A DNA stretch of 64,000 nucleotides. It comes from Podarcis tiliguerta. Its lineage: Eukaryota. Made by a program: the position numbers and the translations under genes. The notes below the pieces were generated by a model. That model made no database searches and was not told the origin of the DNA. It saw only the letters and a list, made by a program, of their open reading frames with translations. The stretch lies in the NCBI GenBank assembly GCA_965153285.1, contig OZ229115.1, one strand, 5' to 3'. Below, piece by piece: positions 1 through 9,895 of the stretch (position 1 is its first letter; the number at the start of each line of letters is the position of its first letter).

Positions 1-649
1 TTCACTTGGGATATGTGTGCAGTATGTAGGTGTTGTCAATTCAGCGCTGCAACCAGATGAGAAATCAAATGTTGTCCTGACCTGTAGCAGCCAATGTAGG
101 CTTGACTTCAGAGTTACAGACTAATTTAAGCAAGAGGTGATTTAAATATAAAGGGGGTGGGGAATATCAAGGTACTAAAACAAACAAACGAGATCGTCAC
201 CTTTAGTGTTACATGTGAATATGTCTATGAACAGACAGATAAAAGCGGTACCATTAGCACGGCAGGCCAATTTAAGCCTTTGCAAAGGAGAATGTTGAAT
301 GCTGTTGATCTGGGAGAAAGCAGAAGAGCTGCTTTTAAATGGAAGAAATCACAGAAATGGAAAGGCAAATACGGATTTAAGCGTTACTGGTGAAAAAGCA
401 CTCCATCCTAGACGGGATGTGCTCGCTCACCCCCAACCACCCTCAGTTTGAAACGCGAAAACAGCTCGACCCTAACCTCCCCGACCCCCTTCGCCAGCTC
501 CCAGCCAAAGTTCATGCCTTGCTCGGTGTGGGGCAGGGGGGGGGATGACGGACGGGCTCATCCCTGAGCAGCTGTGCGTCCCAGCTGTGGACTCCATTTC
601 CCAGGCTTCCTCCCTGCCCTAATGTATTCCGTTCTCAGGCCGGCTCTGT

Positions 650-987
650 GCCTGTGTGTGTGTGAGAGAGAGAGAGTGTGTGTGTTTGAGAGCGAGAGCG
701 AGCGTGAGTGTGTGTGAGTGAGAGAGAGAGAGAGCAGCTCGGAGTCCCTGGGAGAGTGGAGGCTCATTCACTGATTAGAGGCAGCTTCGAGAGGCAGCGC
801 TGCGCTCTCCTTGGCTCCCAGCAGCCGTGTCAGGCTCCTGCTCACTCCCATGCTGGCCGAAGGCGCTTGCACACACGCGCCGGGCTTAGCACGTCCGGCT
901 CTCCTCCCCGCGCAGCAACAGACCAGGCTCTCGCTCTCCGCAGCCTGACATTAAAAGGGGGACGCCACCTCTCGAGGAATTTCCACG
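650..987 (+). other. RNF220: Probable non-coding exon 1 (5' UTR) of RNF220; 5' end uncertain
   Basis: Strong donor CACG|GTGAGT (GT at 988-989) inside the CpG island, upstream of the exon 2 acceptor. The TSS cannot be determined from sequence. Confidence 0.6.
653..734. repeat. Compound (TG)n/(GA)n microsatellite at the probable transcription start region
   Basis: Alternating TG and GA dinucleotide runs read directly. Confidence 0.9.
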
Positions 988-3900
988 GTGAGTAGCGGGA
1001 GATCCCAGGGGTGCATGCGAGGAAGCCAGGGGTGCATGGTGCATTGTTTGTGCGCGCGCGTGTTTGTGCCTAGACGTATGTGTCGACCTAACTTTCCAAC
1101 GGGATCTCCGGGGTTTCGATTCAGTTCTCTGCCCTCGTACTTTCCCCCTTTTCTTCTTCTTCTTCTTTTACTTCTCTTGCAAATGCGGGCGCCGATGTTT
1201 CGAAAAGTCAAACTTTCTGAACCAAGTTTGCCTCTCCATTTTTTTCTCCACGCCCAGCTCCTCGGCGCAAAAATTCCCACGGAAGAAGATGCTCATCGGG
1301 GTCCAGGGGTGGGGATGCTGAAAAAGCGCGCACGCGGGGGGGGGGGGTGGAATCTTAATGAGTGTGTTTTTTTAAAAAAAAACAACAAAAATCTGATCAA
1401 TATGGTGCCCCCTTCCCTTTTAAGGGTAGCTGTGTTCCCGGGACTCTCCTCCTCCTCCTCCTGTTTATTTTACTGGGGAGGGGGTGGGAAGCAGGCGACA
1501 CGGGGAGGGGGCTGGGTGGGATCAGGTGCCGGGGGAAGAAGCCTGCAAAACGCAGCCGAAAACCGCGCGGCTCCAATTAGCGCAAACAGCATTTAGTGTT
1601 AAAAAAGAGAAAGAGAAGAGCGGCGTGGGGGGGCGGGGGAGAGAGAAGCGATCCCTGTGCAAGCCCGGGAGATACTTCCCGGCTTTCCTTCGCGTGTCCC
1701 ACGGTCTTGGGCTGAAATAACGCAGTTTCCCCAAACAATACCCAAGACTCGGGGTGGGGGGGTGGGGAAGGAGAGGACCTTCGTCGAAAGGGACAAGCCT
1801 GCTAGTCTCCCTCTGGCACGACCTAGGTAGATAATATTTTTTGCACAAAACTCAAAATGTTTAAAAATCCAGCATTTGCCCTGTGCGTAGAAAGCACCGC
1901 ATAGAGTCAGGATCGTCATCCCCCCGTCAGCTTTCAGTTTTACTACGGAGCGGGCGCACATGTGAACTTTGAGTATTAGAAATTACATAACCGCAATTAA
2001 GGCGTACTTTCCGCCTTTTTCCCCCTCCTCCTTTTGTCCCAAGTTCCTTTTCGCTGCCGCGATGGTTGCGCACGTGAAATGCTTGCAGTTTGGAGGAAAG
2101 GTTGAAGTTCGGACAAACAACTCTCCTTCCTTCAAAGAAAGTCCCTCTCCGCCTGCATTTTTCCTCTCCGAGATGCAAAACAATTTTTAAAAAATTGGTC
2201 GTTAGTTGTATGTTTGCAATTATTCTCCTGCAATGAATAGCATAGCAAAAGCGATGTTGTGTTGTAGGGTCAACACCGGTGCAAGCGAGCAAATAGAGAA
2301 CCCGGTTGGCGAGAGGAAGTGGAAGGAAATTGGAATATGCATGTTTAGCTGGGCTTCCTTAGCAAAACTTTCTTCACATTTTCAGCCCGAAGCCGAGGAA
2401 CGGCCAGCTTTTGAAATGAAACAACAGCAGCCGCTGCTTGCAGCGCGGTAGGGAAGTCGGTACAGAGGTTGCAAGGAAGGGGAAATAATTCCTCACCTTG
2501 TAGATCGAAATACATAAAAAACATCTGCTTGGGCACAATGAAATCATTAGGCAATGTCCAGTTCAGGAGTTGCATTGAATGCTTTCGCCTTCCAGGCAGG
2601 AAACGTGCAGGGAAGGAATTGTTGCAATAAATTCAAACAGCACGAGGCATCCGCACATTTGATGAGCTTTGTTTAGCATTTTAAAAAGAAAACGAGTCTT
2701 GAACAGACTGTAGAGATTGGGGTGAAGGGAGATAGATCTCTGCTCCCACTCCACCCGCCCCGCACATATTTCCTGGAAGGAAGGAAAATTTTGATTCCTT
2801 TGCAAAGTTGCGAAACCGATTTTGCACAGTTATTATTCTTATATATTTTTTTCTTTTGTCGATGCAGAGCATTTGGCGGGGGTGTGCAGTGAAAAAAGTG
2901 ACCAGGCGTGGCCGAGCGGGCGTATTAGCGGGGAATTAGTTTCCGATTCCTGTATCTCTCCAATGCAGTTTCTGAAATCTGTACCCACTTTTTTCTTTTA
3001 TACCCCCGATGTGGAGAGGACAGTGTGTATATAAAACGTGGTTTGAAGTTGTAGTAAGCCGACCGAATTCTTTTCGTGCTCAGTTTAGGTACCGGGAAAA
3101 GGACAAACACCTGTTTTGATTTGCAACTGCAGAAAGTGGGAGAAGGGCGGGTTAATGCTCCTCCTATGAAATTAATTCTGCTTTTGCTGGAAATTGGAGA
3201 TTTCTGGAACAGAACTTTAAGATCCAAATCGATCAAGTATTATTTCTCTACCAGAAAACTTAAGAGTTTGAATAGTTTAATTTTACACTCCCCCCCCCCC
3301 CGACCGCTTAACTGGGGAAGCGTTGTGCGTCCATCTCGTGTCCCTTTTTTGGGTCGGGGCTGGAGGATGAGATGAAGGCCCCACAATTTGCAGATCAGAA
3401 CCTCCTTACTTTGTGTTGTTTACCGATGGCTAACAAACGCCTTTTGGCGGCTTCGACTTCTGCAAGTTATTACTTTGCTTAACAAAAGAAGGATGCATTT
3501 TGCAGGGGTAGGGTGGAAATCTATTATCTGTTTTAGTACCTTGGCCCGTCCCCGTACTTGAATTTTATTTTCCTTGTTATTTTTTTGTTGTTGCAAAGCG
3601 GGGGGGGGGGGAGTCGCAAAGCGAATTGGGGAGAGGCGAGGCGGCCCCTTTGTTGTTGCGCCAAGGGGCCCGATTCACCATCGGTTTCATAAAATGTGAA
3701 TAGACCTTCGTACTTTCCGAACTGGCATTTTGGACGCCGAAAAGGCAGTGCCCTTATTCCGCCTCGCCCCCTATCCCGGCCACCGTCTCATAATCTAGTT
3801 TGGACACTCACAATTCCAAAACCATCCTGATGTTTAGTGACAAGGAATACAGACCTATAGATTTTCGTAATTCAACACTGGGATCTCCTGCTTGTTCTTG

Positions 3901-4992
3901 TCCTCAATCTTGCATTTGTTTTCATTTATTAGGAGGAAATCCAGTTTGAACAGATAATCCAGTTGCACACTTTAATTCCCCCCAACAGCTGGGATAGTTT
4001 TGTTTTATATTATCAGGATTTTCTCAGTAGGAATAAATCTCCAAATTCCTGCTTCTAAAATTATGTGATTACAAAGTAACAAGAGCTCAAACCTGTAGTT
4101 TCCAACTCTCTGTTCTTTCCTAACAGCTTGAACTCTTAAAGAAAAAGTTATTTCTTTCTCTCCGCAAACTGCAGGGAATTTTTTTTTATTATTCCGTTAT
4201 TTTATATATTGGAATTGGGAAATAGCAGGAGGATCACAAAAATGCAACCTGTTTTAGTAGTACGGGATGTGTGGTTTATATATTTTAATTAAGAATGGAA
4301 AATAATTCTTTACACAGAAACTCTGCCTTTCTTTTCTGGGTTCTGTATATTAATATAAAATTTATATTAATTAGCAAATGAGTTTTCCACCTGCAGCTTG
4401 TGACCAACTCTGTTTATCCACTTGCATGATGGCTAGAAGGATGCATGGTGAATTCTGCATTATCTTAGCCTCTCTTCATTTTAGTAGTTCTCCTCTGGGG
4501 CAATTAAAAATAACATTATAATAATTAATAAACAGAGGAACCAAAACCTAAGCAGTGCATAACATGTTAGATTTTGTTCTAAGTTGTGGGTTTGTTTGTT
4601 TTTGTTATGAATAAAGGCTGAAGCTTTTAATTGGGATTCTCTTGGTCTTGCCGCTTCACTTTGCATTTAAGTAAGCGTTGCAAATGACGGGTGTTCTTGC
4701 AAGGAATCATGCTTATCCATAAAGCCAAGTGGTGATTTTGAAAATATAAGTAAGCCATTTTTAATTATTATTATTATTATTATTGGTGTGCTGATCTAAC
4801 TCGGATACCCAGTGGACAGTTTATGTAGCTTCATAGATTTATCTCCACCCCCATGGCCTCCTCCACTCCTTGTTTAGTTAATTTAACAAAGACTTTTTGC
4901 AATCTGTTTGGAGTTTGTCTGATGCCATGGAAAAGTATCTGCTGATTTATTTGGTTGCTTTTCGATTTCTGTCGCTAGACCGTCTTTTCTCT

Positions 4993-5188
4993 NNNNNNNN
5001 NNNNNNNNNNNNNNNNNNNNNNNNNNNNNNNNNNNNNNNNNNNNNNNNNNNNNNNNNNNNNNNNNNNNNNNNNNNNNNNNNNNNNNNNNNNNNNNNNNNN
5101 NNNNNNNNNNNNNNNNNNNNNNNNNNNNNNNNNNNNNNNNNNNNNNNNNNNNNNNNNNNNNNNNNNNNNNNNNNNNNNNNNNNNNNNN
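4993..5188. other. Assembly gap (196 N)
   Basis: Run of N. Confidence 1.
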
Positions 5189-7764
5189 CCGCTCCCTTCC
5201 AGTCACCCAAATGTTTCATCAGGCTGGTTATCCTGCAATCCATATTTTTTTAATTAAGCAGGTCAGTTAGTTTTCTTATTTTGGGTTCCATATTTAAAAA
5301 CCAATGACATTTTGACATTGGGAGTGTATTATCTATAGATTTTCATAATGACTGGCCTTGCCGCAGCCTCATCTGTACATGCTCCTAATGATGGTGGTGA
5401 TAGGGGATAATCGTGTGGGGCAAAGAGATGGTGGAAAAGAAGGTAAGAGACAAGGAGAAAATGGGGGAGAAAAGGATGCAGGAGGGTTTTTTTAAAAAAT
5501 AAACTTGGCTTGGTGCAATATCGTAATATGTTGATTTATTCTCTATGTAATGAAGTTTGCGAACGAATAGGGCGATTGGAGTGATTCACAGTATTCTACA
5601 AGGAGTGTCAAGTGTGGCTTCCAGATTACTAATTTATGAAATACATTTAACGTAATGAGGTGACAGTGGAAGTAAAAATAGAAAAGCAGGCACAGAGGCA
5701 TTAGTAGTGTGCTCTCACCCCCCTCATTTATTTAAATCCTAGAAAGGCTATGGTTTTCCCTCAGTCCCATGGGTCAATTCAGATATTAATAGTGTATTTA
5801 TGTATTTATCTGGGTAGGGTGTTCCCCTCCCTTTAAAAATAATTGAAAATGAGCATTCAGGTCTCCTAGCCCCTGCTTCACCTTCACCTATTATTGCAGT
5901 TTTTTGTTTTAAATTTGTTTGCTTGCTTTTCTGTGACAAATCAGCTATGCAGAAAACAGTGCAGAAGGTAACTCCGAAAGAAGGCCGACCAGATTCTCCG
6001 TGGCATCTTTCTGTCAATGGCTAGTACTTGACGGAAAGTTATTTAAAATTTGGAAGCGACCAAAACTTTGTTAATGTGAGATCTATAATCTGGTGATTTA
6101 GCCCTGATCTGTATCAGGAAGGGAGCCAAATGAGGAAGAGGCGAGATGATGCCCTCTCATCTTCACACTTAATAACAGTCACTGAGCGTCTGGATACAGA
6201 ATGGGAGAAAAGGAAATGTTACTGCTGGACAGCATGAAAGGCGCAGTCAGGATTCCACAGAGTTTGTTAACCTAGCCTTGCTCATTCACAGAATACAAAA
6301 GCCACTCCATTAGAAAAGAGACTCTTTCAGTAAGTTTTATTTGCTATGTCTGACCTTCTGGATCTAACAGGCACATTTTGTAACAGCTTTTTTATTATAT
6401 GATTTTTTTGTGGCCTTTTGAGTGCCGCAAGGCTAGCACATTGTTTTAAAGTAACAGTTCTCTTACATTCAAGTGCATTGTGGCATTCTGAATGGTTGGC
6501 AGTGGAAGCTTAAAAAGTGGAGGGGGGGTGGATTCTAGGTTGAAGAGGAGAGAACGTGATTTCGATTTCAACTCTAAAAAGGGTTAGAGGGAAAGTTAAT
6601 GTTATTATTTATACTTACATGTAAATGTAAATATCTGTACTGATACGTTGCGAGTGGGGATAATAGGTTACTTAGAATTTGTAAGTAATTTCAAGGAAAA
6701 GCAAGCCTAGACATTTTGTTAACATTTTTCTCTAAATGCTAATGGCATATCCAGGACAGTTTACAAATCTACTTAAGCATGAGCGCATTAGGAAGTAAAA
6801 TTACTGATCCGTTTTGTGCTGTCCTCAACCTAAAAGGCAGATGCTTGCAAGAGATCATATGGCACTGGCTCCCATTATGATTTTAAATATTGTCAGAGAC
6901 GCCAAGCACTTTATTGATGAAGTTGCTGCTGCTTTCCTGAAAGCACACAAACACCACATGAAACAATTCAGAGAAATGTATAAGAGAGGCATGTTTATGC
7001 CCACATGCACCATTGAATATAAAGTGAAATCTATAACTTGTATGTATATCTGCGCAGGTAGATATTCACATGGGCCTCTACAACACAAAACAGATACGGT
7101 TTCTACATTATTTTTTTCTTAATGGGCTGTGCAGATATATGCAGAAATGCTTGTTTGTAAATTGTGAATAACTTACCAGATTTTTAAAATAGCAATTACT
7201 TTCTTTAAACATAATAACTTAAAATTGCTACCACTGATTTCCACAGTCCAACCCCCCCCCCCCCGTATTTTTGTCTGTAAGGAGTCAGGTCATTTGCCTT
7301 TCATTTGCTCATTAAAGATTGTTTTCATCCCATATAGCCCTTATTCAGAGCATTCAGTCCCCACAAACCACTCATTCCTTAATCTGAACATGCACTAGTT
7401 TCTTGCCCTTCTTACAGCAGAAGGTGAGGTCAGAGCAAGATGCACTACCTGCATGAACCACAGAGTAGTGTTGGTGTGTGGAAAAGTGCCCCATTTTATC
7501 TACTTTTAGTGGGGATCTTCTATTGACTTCAAAGTTTGGTGCTAAAGCTGGTAGCAGGAGAAAGACTGAGAAAGACTTGTGCTGACACACCCTTAGAGGG
7601 AGTTAGAGACCCTTCTAGTTATTTGTGAACTTTCCTGAAAGAGAACACATGGAGGTTTGGTTCTTTGCTCATACAATTTTCTTGTTGCATTCATGATAGG
7701 TAACTGTCCAGGACTGAATGGCAATTAACTATTTCCTCCCCCTTTCCCTTCTTTTTCTCCACAG

Positions 7765-7881
7765 CTTTGGAACAGTGATGAAGCCCCAGTGAGACCCCCC
7801 AGCTCTACACCCAGACGTTGCTTTGTTTTCCATCCAGGGAAGACCATTTTCCTTGCGGCCCTGTCAAGGAAAGAGACTCCG
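7765..7881 (+). other. RNF220: RNF220 exon 2, 5' UTR portion (117 nt)
   Basis: Branch-like TTAAC at 7725-7729, long polypyrimidine tract 7732-7760 and CACAG acceptor ending at 7764. Confidence 0.85.
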
Positions 7882-8506
7882 ATGGACTTACACCGGGCAG
7901 CCTTCAAGATGGAAAACTCCTCCTACCTTCCCAATCCTCTGGCATCTCCAGCCCTGATGGTTCTCGCTTCTACCGCTGAAGCAAGCCGCGATGCTTCCAT
8001 CCCTTGCCAGCAGCCAAGGCCCTTTGGTGTTCCAGTATCGGTGGACAAGGATGTGCACATCCCGTTCACTAATGGCTCCTATACTTTTGCCTCCATGTAT
8101 CACCGACAAGGTGGTGTGCCAGGAGCATTCACCAACCGTGATTTTCCACCTTCCTTGCTGCATCTGCACCCCCAGTTTGCTCCCCCCAATCTGGACTGCA
8201 CCCCAATCAGCATGCTGAACCACAGTGGCGTTGGGGCCTTCCGTCCCTTTGCCTCCACTGAGGACAGGGAGAGTTACCAGTCAGCTTTTACACCTGCCAA
8301 GCGTCTGAAGAACTGCCATGACACTGACTCTCCCCACCTTCGCTTCTCAGACGCTGATGGCAAGGAGTATGAGTTTGGAGCCCAGCTCCCATCTGGCTCC
8401 CCCGGCTCCCTCAAAGTCGATGACACGGGGAAAAAGATCTTCGCTGTCTCTGGCCTCATTTCGGACCGGGAGACCTCATCCAGTCCCGAGGACCGAAATG
8501 ATAGAT
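7882..8506 (+). CDS. RNF220: E3 ubiquitin-protein ligase RNF220, first coding exon (625 nt, phase-1 donor; partial CDS)
   Basis: Translation MDLHRAAFKMENSSYLPNPLASPALMVLASTAEASRDASIPCQQPRPFGVPVSVDKDVHIPFTNGSYTFASMYHRQGG...SSSPEDRNDR matches my recollection of the vertebrate RNF220 N-terminus almost residue for residue. ATG at 7882; donor AT|GTAAGT with GT at 8507-8508. Confidence 0.96.
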
Positions 8507-9862
8507 GTAAGTACCTCAACTTTGCTTAGCTGGGGCAGAAAAATGTTCAACAGCTGTGTTTTGCAATGCTAGGAGGTGTCATAATACTTGTGCTCCTGTT
8601 TTTTTCTTTAAACATATGATGATGGGTTACAGAGGGAGGGGGATTGAAGGGAATCTACGCAAGGAAGCTGTTATTCTCATACTAGATTGGGATGCTGAGT
8701 AACAGAAAAATGACCAACATTCCAGAAATGGGAGGGAATCTCTATGTTGTGAATGCATTGGAGGTTGTCGCCCTGTAGTTACGGAGGAACATTTGTTCCA
8801 GAGCACTTGCCTATTCCATGATTGTTGCCCTACTGTCTTGTTGAACTCCTTTCCCTCCCTCCCGCCCCAACCCTTTCCCTCACATATTTGTCTCCGGTTG
8901 TAATCAGTGCACCATTATTTGCTCCCCTGATCAGTGTAAAGGCATTATTATTGGATGTTAAGCGTAAGCTAACTTAAGCCCTTTCATCAAAGCAGAGAAA
9001 GAAAGAGAGCCGGTGATGCTCTAGGCGAGGAGATCACCCTGCCCCAATATCTCTTAAATGGGCAGAGATGTTTCCTGCAGTTCCTTCTTCAAATTCAGAA
9101 GTGGTATTATTTTTTGCAGGCCGGGAGCCAAGCTGAAGCCAGCCTGCATAGTATTTGTTTGGGGAGCAATGCCTGTTGCAGCATTCCTCTCTCACAGCTC
9201 GCCCCCTTGGTCATTAAGTGCCATGAGCTCCCCACCTAAGAAGTGGAAGATAAGGCAGTATTTGGCTTATGATGGTCCGCTCCAAATTCAAACGCACAGC
9301 TTAGATGTTGAGCTGGGATTCCCCCCCCCCTTTTGTTCGTTTTTGTGGGACCTTGCCCCCTCCTGCTTATTTTCCTCCCGCTTATTTTCCATGGAAGAAC
9401 CAGCAATTTATTTATTTTTTTAAAAAACTTCTACGTAGCTTCCCAGTTACCCCTTGGATACCATTTTTCTTCTGCTCCTTTATGATGCCGAGGAGAGTAA
9501 TAGAGACGTTGTTGCGCTCTCTCCCCTGTCGGTGCTGCTTCCTCGGGCTGTCCCCTTGAATTAGGCACTGTGTTAACTTCCCAGTGCTACGAGGCATCTG
9601 CCGAAAGCCTGCGTACCTTGTCAATAAAAGTCACCATAAAATCAACCTGCCTTGTAAATCATCGCTCTTTGGTTTTGAAATATGCCATGAGTGTGTCTTT
9701 TATGTCAACGTTTGTAAGTGTGGAATGATTCCCTCTTGAAGACAGAAGCTACATGTTGCACTACAGACGTGTGTGCTCTCTTTTGCCCTAGAGCGGCTTA
9801 AGCTGTGTGAGAAGAACTACTTGCATGTGCTTTTTGGTCTTTGATACCTGTTTGCAACAGCT

Positions 9863-9864
<2 letters not shown>

Positions 9865-9893
<29 letters not shown>
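9865..9893. repeat. (GT)n microsatellite
   Basis: Read directly. Confidence 0.95.

Positions 9894-9895
<2 letters not shown>

Larger units (their letters stand above)
410..3800. promoter_or_regulatory. RNF220: CpG island / promoter-proximal region of RNF220 (promoter, exon 1, start of intron 1)
   Basis: Dense CpG and GC-rich tracts (gcgcgcgcg, ggcgg, G-runs) from ~410 to ~3800, against a CpG-depleted background elsewhere; lies upstream of the first coding exon. Boundaries approximate. Confidence 0.8.

Noticed and set aside
1-400. 78-aa ORF 157-393 or an exon of a neighbouring gene
   Set aside because: Starts at GTG, with no recognisable protein similarity or convincing splice signals.
988-1596. 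202-aa ORF and overlapping ORFs in the CpG island
   Set aside because: Begins at the donor GTG, is low complexity (poly-L, poly-S, poly-G) and shows no recognisable domain; long ORFs are expected in GC-rich DNA.
4883-5253. ORFs spanning the N gap (likewise 32232-32630)
   Set aside because: Artefacts of N runs lacking stop codons.
7789-7881. N-terminal extension of the 246-aa ORF in the track (MRPPSSTP...)
   Set aside because: It starts at GTG, not ATG, and lies in the 5' UTR; the recognisable RNF220 sequence begins at ATG 7882. The C-terminal KYLNFA* of that ORF is intron read-through.
7888-8572. Alternative-frame and antisense ORFs overlapping exon 2
   Set aside because: Shadow ORFs of a real coding exon with no independent support.
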